Shown one piece after another: positions 19,562-29,893 of a stretch of DNA of 64,000 nucleotides (within the stretch, counting starts at the first letter, position 1; each line of letters opens with the position of its first letter). Both the position numbers and the translations under genes were made by a program. Origin of the DNA: an uncultured delta proteobacterium (lineage in GTDB: Bacteria; Desulfobacterota; Binatia; JACPRU01); assembly GCA_963745025.1 (NCBI GenBank), contig CAVUWD010000006.1, forward strand, positions 1 to 64,000, given 5' to 3'. The notes under the pieces are model-generated. The model saw only the letters and a program-made list of their open reading frames with translations, was not told the DNA's origin and did no database searches.

Positions 19562-20192
19562 GGCTGACTTCGATCAGAGGGGCGGCGCACCCTTCTGCAC
19601 CGACCACATCCCCATAGTCGAATTACCGCCTGCCGGAAGGGCACCGACGAGATCTGCCGAGGAGGGCTGACCTCGCCCGAAGTTCTGCGCTCGCATTCAC
19701 GCCACTGTTTCTCCCAATCGACCTTGTGGAGACGGCCTTTACTTGTGCCGAGATCGGCGCGCCGGAACCACTACCAACCGACCCGGCGACGCCTGATCGC
19801 CACTCGCCGGCGGGGGATCAGCGATCCAGCCCGAGCAGCAGGGCTCCGTAGGCGCCGAGAACAAGGACGAGATGCAGAACGAGAGCGGACATCTGCAGCG
19901 GTCGACCCCGGTGCAGACCGTGGTCGTCTTGGCGTCATCATCCTCGGCAAGGCCATCACGGCCCCTTACCCTAACGCTTGTCAGGCATCGACGCCCAGCG
20001 CATCCGCCGCCGGAGTTACCTGTTCGAACAACGTTGCCTCGCCGGAGCGAGGACGCCGCAAAGGCGTGCTCCACCAGGGCGCGCGCTGCCTCGGTGGCAA
20101 ACTCGGTTTCAAGCCCGACCGCGAAGCTTCGGAGAAGAGGATGAGCGAGAGGACCCTGGCGGATCGCCCCGCGCTGTAGCGGATCTCTTCGA

Positions 20193-21350
20193 TCAATCCA
20201 GGGCAGCATTGCAGACAAGAAGAGACCGAATCTGCTCCTCGGAGTACCCCAGTTCCAGAAGTACCTCTCGCGTGTGCTCGCCCAACTTGGGGGCCGGGCG
20301 AGTCGGTCCGCAGGCAAACCCTCGGAGCTGAAGAGGTTGCCGCACGTGCCATCTAGGTTTTGCCCCCTCGGTTCCCGGCACCTGGACGAAAAGCCCTCGT
20401 GACCGGAACTGGGGGTCCTGTACGACCTCGGCGAGGTCGTGGATCGGACCGGCGGGGACACCCGCAGCGTCAAAGGCGGCGACCCACTGTTCCCGCGTCC
20501 GCGCGAAGAGCACAGTGGCGATTCGCTCCCGGATCTCGCTGCTCCGAGCGATTCGCTCGTGGCTGGCGAGGTCTGCCAGGTCGGCGAGCCCGGCCGTCTC
20601 GCAAAATGCCCTCCAGAACCAGTCCTCGTGGGCGATGCTCAAGCTCAGAAGTTTCTCGTCGCCGCACCGAAACACGCCGTACGCGGGCTCCTCGCCGATG
20701 GGCGCGAGGGGCGTTCCGTTCAGAGTCGGCGCGAGGTGGCTGGTCATCCACGACACGAGCCCGTCGGTCATCGAGACGTCGACGTACGTCCCTTTCCCGT
20801 TGCGCTCCCGCGCCATGAGCGCGGTGAGGACTCCGATGACCGCGAACATGCCGGAGGAGAGGTCCCCTGTGGCAACGTCCGGAGCGCGATCCGGCCGGCC
20901 CTCCCTCGCCTGCCGAAAGAGCATCCCGGCCGTCCCCTGGTACGAGATGTCGTGCCCGGTGCGATCGCGGTAAGGTCCATCCTGTCCGTACCCGGAGATC
21001 GAGGCGTAGACGAGTCGCGGGTTGATCCTCACTAAGGTGTCGTAGCCGAGCCCGAGCCGCTTCGCGGTACCCGGCCTGAAGCCTTCGAGAAAGACGTCGG
21101 AGCGGGACACGAGCCGCTCCACGGCGGCGCGTCCTTCGGGTGACTTGAGGTCGACCGCAATGCTTCGCTTGCTTCGGTTGAGGGCCTCAAAGAAGGGGGC
21201 AAACTGGCGGGCAGGGTCCCCGCCTTGCGGACGCTCCACTAGGATCACATCCGCCCCTAGGTCGGCGAGGATCAAAGTCGCGTAGGGACCGGGGTACTGC
21301 TCGGCCATGCTGATGACCCGAAGGCCGTCCAATGGGTGCGCCAACTCCAC
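20193..21350 (-). CDS. Family III CoA-transferase (CaiB/BaiF)
   Basis: PLDGLRV..PGPYA..LADLGADVI.VE, NRSKRS, GHDISY. AGGAG RBS upstream. Confidence 0.9.
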   Translation of the reverse strand: MELAHPLDGLRVISMAEQYPGPYATLILADLGADVILVERPQGGDPARQFAPFFEALNRSKRSIAVDLKSPEGRAAVERLVSRSDVFLEGFRPGTAKRLGLGYDTLVRINPRLVYASISGYGQDGPYRDRTGHDISYQGTAGMLFRQAREGRPDRAPDVATGDLSSGMFAVIGVLTALMARERNGKGTYVDVSMTDGLVSWMTSHLAPTLNGTPLAPIGEEPAYGVFRCGDEKLLSLSIAHEDWFWRAFCETAGLADLADLASHERIARSSEIRERIATVLFARTREQWVAAFDAAGVPAGPIHDLAEVVQDPQFRSRGLFVQVPGTEGAKPRWHVRQPLQLRGFACGPTRPAPKLGEHTREVLLELGYSEEQIRSLLVCNAALD

Positions 21351-21822
21351 CCTCTCTCCTTCAGATCTTCCCGGCCTGTCACCAGCTCTCGATGGCAGCC
21401 ACCGGTATCTTTGACCCGCCATCCTGTACGTGCCGCCCTGGATGGTCCCGATGTCTAGGATAGCCGCTACAACCGGCCGAGTCGACATGACGGTCGATCT
21501 CTGACGCTCAGAGTTTGGGAACGATCGCGAACGAGGTAGCCGCCCGCCGGGAGGACGGCCATGCGGAGCAGTCCTGACTAGATCGCTCTTGCCCTTGCGC
21601 AACCGAAGCCTCGGGCGGCAGAGTCGCCCTGTCACGAGCGATGCTGGGAAGGTTCTATGGGTTTCAGAACAGCGGGAGCCCTTCCCCCTTCCACCCTGAC
21701 GCTGACCGATAAAGGGGGAGCGCCCGCTGCATGCTCCGCGATTCATCGGGAATACTGTGCGCGGAAGGATGCGCGGCGGGTGGCCATCGCCAGTGCTGAT
21801 TGGCGAAGAGAGGAGATTTTAG

Positions 21823-22056
21823 ATGCAAAAAGGTACGCTTTGGGAGTGCGTCGGCGTCGGCGACACCCTCCACATTTCTGAGAGTCGGACGTGGGTGCAG
21901 CGTGTAGGCTCGCGACATCTCGTCCTGAGGTATGAGGATCGCGAGGGCGGGACGATGACGATGACGACGCTCACTTTCGAATCGCGCGAGGAGTGCGACG
22001 GTGCGCTCGGCGACCTACGATCTCGGTACGCCGAATCTGCTCCCCAGACCTCCTGA
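21823..22056 (+). CDS. Small hypothetical protein
   Basis: GAGGAG RBS, 77 aa with plausible composition. Confidence 0.5.
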   Translation: MQKGTLWECVGVGDTLHISESRTWVQRVGSRHLVLRYEDREGGTMTMTTLTFESREECDGALGDLRSRYAESAPQTS

Positions 22057-22091
22057 GGCGCAGGGAAACAAACCGATGATCGCGCCGTGGC

Positions 22092-22209
22092 TCCGTTCTC
22101 CGGTTGGGACGAGGGCGAACTGAGCCTGCGCATCGAAGGTTTTGATGAATCCGTGGGGTTCGAGGCACCGTGACGGTCACGGTTTTCGCCCCTTCTTCGG
22201 CCTATTCCT
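22092..22209. repeat. Fused repeat A+B
   Basis: Matches 857-906 and then 2754-2820. Confidence 0.88.
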
Positions 22210-22478
22210 ACGCCGGGCGCCGCAGGCTCCAGCGTATGACGGTTGAGGCGCTTGACCTCGACCCAGAAGCCCTTGCCATCGGCAACGATGAAGCCGAGAT
22301 CGCGGATCTGCGGAATGTCGACGCGCGGATGGTAGACCTCGTTAACGATCCCGCAGCCGATCGTGAACCACACGCGCGAGGGACCGAGCGCACAGCCCAC
22401 GATCTCCTTGGCGCTGCTCGACCAGGTCGGCGCAATGCCGGGCGCGCCGGGCGCCTGCGTGGCGAGCGATTCGGTCAT
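22210..22478 (-). pseudogene. Glucoamylase/glucodextranase (GH15) N-terminal remnant
   Basis: APGAPGIAPTWSSSAK..GIVNEVYHPRVDIPQIRDLGFIV, cut at repeat B. Confidence 0.8.
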
Positions 22479-22725
22479 TGCGTCACGCTGCGACGACGCG
22501 TACCGGGCGCCCGGCCGGGCTGGCGCACCATAGATGGAAGCTACCGACGAATGCGTTCGCGTTCGTCCCGACCAGTCGCGCGCGAGGTGCCTGACCTGCG
22601 CCACCATCTGCCTCGCGGTCAGGCCTGGTCCCGAAGGCATCTTGCGCAGCTCGTGCCGCCCGCTCCATAGGATCTTCACATGCGTGCCGCCGACGTCGAC
22701 GACGAGGATGCGTCGCGCCTTGCCG
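22475..22725 (-). pseudogene. Polyphosphate glucokinase/ROK remnant, internally deleted
   Basis: ILVVDVGGTHVK..SGPGLT joined to the C-terminal NANAF.G.FHLW. Confidence 0.65.
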
Positions 22726-23339
22726 GAGGATAGCCGCCACTGGCGCCCGAAATCTATATGACCGCCGATATCGGACGTTGCGGACTCCCCCTCTCCTCAC
22801 CTTGCCGACGCCCCCCGTCTTTACGGCTGCTACCTTCCTGCGTACTCCACAAACGCGCGCCGAGAGGTCCGCCTACCTCGCCGGTTCTCCCCCGAGGTCA
22901 AAGGCGTGAGCGGCAAGTACTTCGTCGGCTGTAGCGAGCATCGACCCTCCCGGGAATCCTACGACGAGGCCGTCGCTCGGCGGCTGTGGAAGTCAGCGCG
23001 CGGATGGCCGGCGCCTGAGCTGAGTCCTGGGCTTTCCGCCCGCATTGCAGCGGGCTACCTTAGCAGGATGGCGCTGCTTGAACCCCGGGGCCCTTTCGAG
23101 CCGGTGTCCACACGCCGACTCGCGCTCGCAAGCCTGTTTGCGTGCTTCCACGTGAGCGCCTGCTCGAGCCTGCCGCTCGGAACTCGTGTGAAGGTCGCGG
23201 TTGTCGAAGGCGACTCCCACTCGCACCCATCGAGAGCGCTCTCTACCGTCCACTTTCGATTCATGGATCGCGCACACGTCCTTCATGATGATCTCCTTTC
23301 TGTGGTTGAGTTCACAAGTTTGTGATCCAGGAAGCCGCG

Positions 23340-24884
23340 GTGAGCGACGAGACACAGATACCGAACCAGACAGCGGCAGAGCTGGAGGCACTGCGGCGCG
23401 AGTTGGTCGAGCTGCGCCAGCGCGCTGCTCTCCGGTTGCCCGAATGCGCTGACCCGGATGACGTCAGCTATCGCGAGCTGGTGCAGAGTGCGAACACGAT
23501 CGTGCTGCGCTGGGACCTGGAAGGCCGGGTAACGTTCCTCAATCACTTCGGCCTACAGTTCTTCGGCTATGGCAGCGACGAGCTGGTGGGCCGGTCGGTG
23601 GTCGGCACGATCGTCCCGGAGACCGAGACGTCCGGGCGCGACCTGGTGCAGATGATCGCCGAGCTGCTGGAGCATCCCGACCGCTACGTCCACAACGAGA
23701 ACGAGAACGTGCGCCGCAGCGGCGAGCGCGTGTGGATCACGTGGCGCAACCGCGCGCTGCGCGACGAGACCGGACGCGTGCGGGAGCTGCTGTCGATCGG
23801 CATGGACACCACCGAGCGCAAGCGGGCCGAGGAGGCTTTGCGGGACAGTGAGCGACGCTATCGCGTTCTGTTTCAGTCCACGCCGATCGCGCTTGTGGAG
23901 CGCGATGTGTCGGCATTGCAGGCGCACCTCGATGCGCTGCGGGCTGCGGGCGTCACCGACACGAAGGCTTATCTGCAACAGCATGCGGAGGCGTTACCGA
24001 CGTGCCTGGGGTTGGTCAAAGTCACCGACATGAATGCGGCGGCGATGGAGCTGTTCGAAACGCAAGACGTGGCCGCGCTCGAAGCCTTTCCCTATGTCGT
24101 CGATCCCGTGCAATTTGCCGACTTGGCGCGCCGCATCATCGCCGATCTCGCCACCGGAACGATCGCGTCCCAGCAACGTGAGGTGACCATCCGCACGGTG
24201 CGCGGCAATGCGCGCAGCGTGCTCGCGCGCACGACGGTCGTTCCGGGATTCGAGACCGCCCCCTCTCGCTTCGTGACTGCCCTGATCGACATCACCGAGC
24301 GCAAGCAAGCCGAAGAGGCGCTGCGCGCCAGCGAAGAACGCTTCCGCATCCTCTCCGAGCACGACAACCTCACGGGCCTTTTCAACACGCGCTACCTCTA
24401 TGAGAAGCTCGGTACGCTGCTGGCTGCGGATGGCGCGCTCTGCTCGGTCATCTTCATGGATCTCGACCGCTTCAAGCACGTTGTCGATATGCACGGTCAC
24501 CTCAATGGCAGCCGCGCGATCCAGGAGGTCGCGCAGGTCATTCAAGAGTGTATCCACGAGCCGGCGTTCGCCGTCGCCTATGCCGGCGACGAGTTCGTCA
24601 TCGTGCTCTCCGGCTGCGGCAAGGTGCAGGCGGTAGCCGCCGCGCGTGAGATACAAGCGCGAATCGGGGCACGCAGCTTTCTCGCCGAAGCTGGGCATAC
24701 GATCCGGTTGAGCGCGAGCTTGGGCGTGGCCACGTATCCCGACGACGCCTCGACTCTGGAGACCCTACTCGCGGTGGCCGATCAGGCCTTGTTCAGCGCC
24801 AAGGAGATGGGAAGGAACACCGTCACCGCCGCGGGTGCCGCGGCGGCGCCTCTCGTGCGGCGCCAGCGGACCCGCTCCCAATGA
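23340..24884 (+). CDS. PAS-PAS diguanylate cyclase (AGDEF variant)
   Basis: PAS/PAC repeats, HDNLTGLFN, DLDRFK, YAGDEF, ADQALF.AK. Confidence 0.9.
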   Translation: MSDETQIPNQTAAELEALRRELVELRQRAALRLPECADPDDVSYRELVQSANTIVLRWDLEGRVTFLNHFGLQFFGYGSDELVGRSVVGTIVPETETSGRDLVQMIAELLEHPDRYVHNENENVRRSGERVWITWRNRALRDETGRVRELLSIGMDTTERKRAEEALRDSERRYRVLFQSTPIALVERDVSALQAHLDALRAAGVTDTKAYLQQHAEALPTCLGLVKVTDMNAAAMELFETQDVAALEAFPYVVDPVQFADLARRIIADLATGTIASQQREVTIRTVRGNARSVLARTTVVPGFETAPSRFVTALIDITERKQAEEALRASEERFRILSEHDNLTGLFNTRYLYEKLGTLLAADGALCSVIFMDLDRFKHVVDMHGHLNGSRAIQEVAQVIQECIHEPAFAVAYAGDEFVIVLSGCGKVQAVAAAREIQARIGARSFLAEAGHTIRLSASLGVATYPDDASTLETLLAVADQALFSAKEMGRNTVTAAGAAAAPLVRRQRTRSQ

Positions 24885-24984
24885 GCAACAGGACTTGTCG
24901 CGTCCGGCCATTGCGGTTCGCCCGTCCCGCCTGCCCGTTTTGATGCGTGGCACCTGGGCAGTCTCGTTGCGTTGGTGGCGCTGC

Positions 24985-25130
24985 TGGCTGCCGCCGCGCC
25001 GTCGGTCGCCTCGCTGAGCGCGAGGCAGTCGGCGTCGTTGGCGATTCGCGCTTCGCGCCCGAGCGCTCGAGGGAGATCGTCGGGTAGCGCCCGGCCGTTC
25101 AGCCACGTTGAGTTACAGCTCTTCATCAAG
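24985..25130 (-). pseudogene. ROK fructokinase remnant
   Basis: NSTWLNG..IANDADCLALSEATDGAAA. Confidence 0.6.
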
Positions 25131-25298
25131 CCCGTCGCGCGCGACGGCGCTCCCAGCGTGCCGATGCCGACGATCGGTCGTACGCAGCGTCGCGTCGTAG
25201 CATCGCGTTTAGAAGGGCTCTCGCTCGGCGTTACCGTTGGCGGCGCCGAGCGAGAAACCTTCTTCGATCGATCCCCGAGACAGGATCGACAGTGAGCA

Positions 25299-25667
25299 TC
25301 AGCCCATGAAAAAGGCGTTCAGCTTGTTCCCGTCGAGGTCGCGAAAATACCCGGCGTAGAAGCCGTCGCCGCGCGGTCCGGGAGCGCCTTCGTCCTTGGC
25401 ACCGAGCGCTAACGCCTTCTTGTGGATCGCATCGACCTGCTCCCGCGAGCTCATCGCCAGGGCGACCATCACGCCGTTGCCGACCGTCGCCGCCTTGCCG
25501 TCGAACGGCTTGATGACCGAGAGCGCGGGCGCCCCGGGCGCGGTCGACCATGCGATGAACGTCTCCATCTCCATCCAGCGCTTGGCGCCGATCTCGGCGA
25601 GAAGCGCGTCGTAGAATTTTCCGGCGCGCTGGATGTCGTTGGTCCCGAGCGTCACGTATCCGATCAT
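25299..25667 (-). CDS. VOC/glyoxalase family protein
   Basis: MIGYVTLGTND..DEGAPGPR..YFRDLDGNKL. Confidence 0.92.
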   Translation of the reverse strand: MIGYVTLGTNDIQRAGKFYDALLAEIGAKRWMEMETFIAWSTAPGAPALSVIKPFDGKAATVGNGVMVALAMSSREQVDAIHKKALALGAKDEGAPGPRGDGFYAGYFRDLDGNKLNAFFMG

Positions 25668-26107
25668 CGGAGACAGCTCCTTTCATCCGCTCTTCCGCGG
25701 CGACAGCGTAGGACGCACGCCAGACTTCGAGCCGCGGCGTGTGACCCACGGATGCTTATGAAGAAGCCACGGGGAAAACGCCAGGGGGGAGCGAGTAGCC
25801 GAGCGCACCGTGGTCAGGTCTGTTCCAGCCAGCCCTTGACCGTATACCGTCTCGCCCTCGTCGAAGCCCGCTACGGCCACCTTCGTCCAGCGGCCGATCG
25901 GAATCATTGTGTACTCAAGTCCATTCGTCCCGTAACGTCGTTATTCATCCGTCCTGTTTCTTCCACGAGCCGCCTGCGCTACGAAGGAATTGGATCTGCA
26001 TGAGCGCTTCACCTGGCTGTCTCTTGTTTGCCGCGACCCTGTGCACTCCGGGCGCGCTCGGGGTGCCAGCGAATCAACGGTGTGATTCTCAGCCACGGGA
26101 GGATCGG

Positions 26108-26851
26108 ATGGTCACCGCGATCGCCGTGGCGGCGCCGCAGACTTTATCGCCGACCCAACCAGCAAAGGGGCGCTTCCTCGTCGCCAGCCACAGCCTCGCC
26201 GATCCGAATTTTTCCGAGACGGTCGTGTTGTTGCTTGCCTACGAGCCAGCTGGAGCGATGGGTGTCATCATCAATCGACCGGCGGACGTACGCCTAGGGT
26301 CCGTCTTGCGCGACGTCGAAGAGCTCCGCGACCGGCCGGACCCCGTGTATTTCGGCGGACCGGTCGCCGGAAACCTGCTCCTCGTTCTCATACGCGCGGC
26401 GCGGCAGCCTGAGTCGTCGGACGCCATTTTCGAAGGCGTGTACGTCAGCGGCAGCCGCGCCGCCCTGCGCAAGGCGCTCAGCAAGGCTGGAAAGAGGAAC
26501 CGAGTACGTGGTTACGCAGGTCACGCGGGCTGGGGCCCGGGGCAACTGGACCGCGAGATCGCCCGCGGTGACTGGCACGTAACCGCCGCCGATGCGGCAA
26601 TGGTTTTCGACACGACGGCGTCGACAATATGGCCCGAGCTGATCCAACGGTTCTCGGGTGAGTGGACGCGCCACGAAGCGCCCACTGAACCTGATGGTCT
26701 TGAAGATTTCAGCCTTCGTCCGGCGGGACTGTCGATCTTCTCCGAGGCAGCCTTTCGATACGGCGGATGGATTCTTTGTCCGTATCTTCTTTGCGTTTTG
26801 CGAAGATCCCGTGTGCGGTCAAGCAGTGCGTCGGCGAAGAGGCTCGGATAA
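26108..26851 (+). CDS. YqgE/AlgH family protein; the C-terminus reads into an IS-end remnant
   Basis: LADPNFSETVVL..GVIINRP..GGPV..GHAGWGPGQLDREI..GDW. Confidence 0.8.
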   Translation: MVTAIAVAAPQTLSPTQPAKGRFLVASHSLADPNFSETVVLLLAYEPAGAMGVIINRPADVRLGSVLRDVEELRDRPDPVYFGGPVAGNLLLVLIRAARQPESSDAIFEGVYVSGSRAALRKALSKAGKRNRVRGYAGHAGWGPGQLDREIARGDWHVTAADAAMVFDTTASTIWPELIQRFSGEWTRHEAPTEPDGLEDFSLRPAGLSIFSEAAFRYGGWILCPYLLCVLRRSRVRSSSASAKRLG

Positions 26852-26870
26852 GCGACCTCGCGTAGCTGAG
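26781..26870 (-). mobile_element. Putative IS right-end remnant, copy 1
   Basis: 26-bp motif CGTAnnTTCTTTGCGTTTTGCRAAGA next to a coding tail LREVAYPSLFADA. Confidence 0.55.
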
Positions 26871-27030
26871 TAGGGAGGATCTGCACCGCGGCCGTGGACG
26901 ATGCTCTCCGGGCCGTCGGTCACGAGTCGTGCGGCCCGGGCAGGATCCGAGAGTCGGCCCTCGACTCGGTCCCGGGCGCCGTGGACCCCAGGCTCTTGAT
27001 CCGCGTGCTGGCAGGCGTGACAGTGCTGGG

Positions 27031-28263
27031 ATGAACGCCTACGCAATCCTCATCCTGGCCGCGCTGATCGCCGAGTATTTGCTGAACGTCGCCGCCGATC
27101 TGCTCAACCTCAAGGCGCTCGAGCCGGAGCTGCCCAGCGAGTTCTCCGACGTCTACGACGCTGAGCGCTATCGCAAGTCGCAGGAATACACGCACGCACG
27201 TACGCGCTTCGGCCTGATCCCAGCCACGTTTCATCTCGTCGTGCTCTTGACCTTCTGGTTCGCCGGCGGGTTCCCGTGGCTGGACGGCATGGTGCGCGCC
27301 TTCGAGCTCTCGCCCATCGTGACCGGACTCCTATTCATCGGCTGCCTCGGGATCGCCAGCGCCCTCCTGTCGGTCCCTTTTCGCTGGTATTCGACCTTCG
27401 TCATCGAGGAGCGCTTCGGATTCAACAAGACGACGCCGAAAACCTTTCTGTTCGACGCCATCAAGGGCCTGCTCCTCGCGGTCGTTCTCGGAGGTCCGCT
27501 CCTGGCCGTCGTTCTGTGGTTCTTTCAGGCCGCCGGCTCGCTGGCGTGGCTCTGGTGCTGGCTGGTGGCCGCGGCCTTCCTGGTGTTCGTCCAGTTCATC
27601 GCACCCACTTGGATCTTCCCGCTATTCAACAAATTCGAGCCGCTGGACGAGGGCGAGTTGCGTGAGTCGATCATGAGGTATGCGCAGAAGGTGGCGTTTC
27701 CCGTGAAAGGCCTCTTTGTGATCGACGGCTCGCGGCGCACGACGAAAGCCAACGCGTTTTTTACGGGCTTCGGCAGGCGCAAGCGTGTGGCGCTGTTCGA
27801 CACGCTGATCGAGAAGCACGCGCCCGACGAGATCGTGGCAATCGTGGCGCACGAGATCGGTCACTACAAGAAGGCGCACATCCTGAAAGGGCTGGCGATC
27901 TCGATCGTGCGGTCGGGCATCGTGTTCGTCCTCCTGTCGATCTTCCTGAAGAGCGAAGGGCTATTCGACGCCTTCTACGTGCAGCACAAGTCGATCTACG
28001 CCGGACTCGTCTTCTTCGGGATGCTGTTCTCGCCGATCGATCTCGTGCTGTCGTTCTTCGTGCAGGCCTTCTCGCGCAGGAACGAGTTCGAGGCGGATGC
28101 CTACGCGCGCAAGACGGCTCTGGCCGCGGAGCTCGTCAGCGGGCTGAAGCGCCTCTCGGCGGAGAGTCTCTCGAACCTGACGCCGCATCCGCTGTACGTC
28201 AAGCTGCACTATTCCCACCCCCCGCTGACCGAGCGCATCGCCGCGCTGCGCGGCGGGGAGTAG
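27031..28263 (+). CDS. M48 family (STE24-like) metalloprotease
   Basis: NAFFTGFG, HEIGH, EFEAD, YSHPPL.ERI and several TM segments. Confidence 0.95.
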   Translation: MNAYAILILAALIAEYLLNVAADLLNLKALEPELPSEFSDVYDAERYRKSQEYTHARTRFGLIPATFHLVVLLTFWFAGGFPWLDGMVRAFELSPIVTGLLFIGCLGIASALLSVPFRWYSTFVIEERFGFNKTTPKTFLFDAIKGLLLAVVLGGPLLAVVLWFFQAAGSLAWLWCWLVAAAFLVFVQFIAPTWIFPLFNKFEPLDEGELRESIMRYAQKVAFPVKGLFVIDGSRRTTKANAFFTGFGRRKRVALFDTLIEKHAPDEIVAIVAHEIGHYKKAHILKGLAISIVRSGIVFVLLSIFLKSEGLFDAFYVQHKSIYAGLVFFGMLFSPIDLVLSFFVQAFSRRNEFEADAYARKTALAAELVSGLKRLSAESLSNLTPHPLYVKLHYSHPPLTERIAALRGGE

Positions 28264-28395
28264 CCACAACCCAATCGAGAGGAGCGAGCGCGCGGCTTCG
28301 CCGAGACGATGAGGGGCTTCGCGGGTGTCGAGCACTGGCTGCGCGGCTTGGCACAAGGCTCCGAACGAGGAAGCAACTGGAGATCAGGGGGTTTT

Positions 28396-28421
28396 TGGCG
28401 GGGCCAGGGATTCGAACCCTG
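28396..28421 (-). other. Degenerate tRNA 3' remnant
   Basis: The reverse complement reads CAGGG-TTCGAAT-CCCTG-GCCCCGCCA. Confidence 0.45.
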
Positions 28422-28574
28422 CGGACCGTCCTAACACCTCAAGTAAACCCGCCACGTTGCGGCAGCCTCCGCTATCTCGGTTCTCGGTCAGTGTCCTTGG
28501 GAGAGCGATCGCCACAGTGGTCGAAAGCCCGATGGGATCCTTCGAGCGATCCTCGAATTGCGTGTCGTCGCACC

Positions 28575-28970
28575 TTACTTTTCCTTCATTGCTTCCAGCA
28601 TCGACGCCATCTTCTGGTGGACCAGGTTGATCGCCTTGAGCGGGCGCAGCATCACTTTGAAGTCGATGATCCTGCCATCCTCGCCCCAGCGGATCAGGTC
28701 GACGCCGTTCACGCTGATGCCCTCGATTTCGACCATGAATTCGAGCGCCGCCTCGCGCTCGCCGACGATCTCGCGCACGTAGCGGAACGTATCGTTCAAC
28801 AGGACGTAAAACGCTCCCATCAAGTACAGCCGGGTCAGGGCCTTACCGACCTGAGGGGTATGAACCACGGGAGAGTGAAACACGGCGTCCTTCGCCAGAA
28901 GATCATCCAGGCCGGAAATATCCTGGCTTTCAACGATGCGGTGCCAGCTCGCGATGGTGTCGATGGTCAT
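28575..28970 (-). CDS. SnoaL/NTF2-like protein
   Basis: LLA.DAVFHSPVVHTPQ.GK..NGVDLI..FKVMLRPL. Confidence 0.88.
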   Translation of the reverse strand: MTIDTIASWHRIVESQDISGLDDLLAKDAVFHSPVVHTPQVGKALTRLYLMGAFYVLLNDTFRYVREIVGEREAALEFMVEIEGISVNGVDLIRWGEDGRIIDFKVMLRPLKAINLVHQKMASMLEAMKEK

Positions 28971-29217
28971 CTGTGACGTTCCCTCGTACTCCTGATGGAC
29001 AAAGTCATGCCGTCCGAATCCGCGTGGGCACTCAGTCGCCTCTTCACGACGGCGAGCCGAGCAGCGCCTCCGTCTCCTTCAGATCCGCCGTATCGAATCC
29101 CTCGGTGAACCACCGGAAAACTCCCCGATGTCGGCGCCGGAAAAGACGTCGTGCCGGCGCAAAGCAACACGACAGCGCGCACGTCTTTGCGCGCCTCAAT
29201 CTCTCCGATCGCTCCCG

Positions 29218-29796
29218 TCAAGCCTTCAGGACGCCTTTCTGCTTCGCGACATGCGTCGCGATCAGGTCCATCAACGGCGGATTCAGGCAGTCATACGGCT
29301 CGAGCCCCAGCCCCTTCAGCCGGGCGCGTACGGCTCCCATCTGATCAGGCTTCGCGCCGCCCGTCTCGATGATCGAGGAAACGAAAGCCGCGAATTCCGG
29401 AGCCGCCCAGCCCTTGTTCTTCGAGAGCTCCACGTGCACGAAGTCGAAGCCGTAGAAGGGATGGCTCTTGTCCTCGATCCGGCCGTACATGTGCACTCCG
29501 CAACCCGTGCAGGCATGGCGCTGGATGGCCGCGGTCGCATCGATCACCTTCAGCTTCTGCGCGTTCGCCGTCACGCTCAGCTTGTCGCGGGGTATGACGG
29601 CGACCACCGAGAAGAGCGCGCCCTCCGGCTTCCAGCACTTGCTGCAGCCGCAGGCATGATTGAAGGCGACGTTGCTCGCGAGCGTGACCGTTACCGGATT
29701 CGAGGAACACTTGCAGGTCAGCGTCCCGCCCTTGAAGTCCTTGGCGCCCGGCTTGACGCCATCGTCGACGGACGGATGAATCTTTACTGTGGCCAT
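29218..29796 (-). CDS. gfa: S-(hydroxymethyl)glutathione synthase (formaldehyde-activating enzyme)
   Basis: [44 protein letters not shown]. Confidence 0.92.
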   Translation of the reverse strand: MATVKIHPSVDDGVKPGAKDFKGGTLTCKCSSNPVTVTLASNVAFNHACGCSKCWKPEGALFSVVAVIPRDKLSVTANAQKLKVIDATAAIQRHACTGCGVHMYGRIEDKSHPFYGFDFVHVELSKNKGWAAPEFAAFVSSIIETGGAKPDQMGAVRARLKGLGLEPYDCLNPPLMDLIATHVAKQKGVLKA

Positions 29797-29893
29797 AGGC
29801 TTTCCTCCTTTCAGAACGGCTCTTCTCCCATGCCGAGGGCGCTTTCGAGCATCTCCTAGACCCCCTGCGCGAGCCCTCCTTTCGGAACGGCGG

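Noticed and set aside
7037-19567. Long antisense or alternative-frame ORFs (for example 7037-8704, 9556-10980, 12599-14431, 18095-19567)
   Set aside because: Shadow ORFs of real genes in high-GC DNA, with Arg/Ala-rich composition and no motifs.
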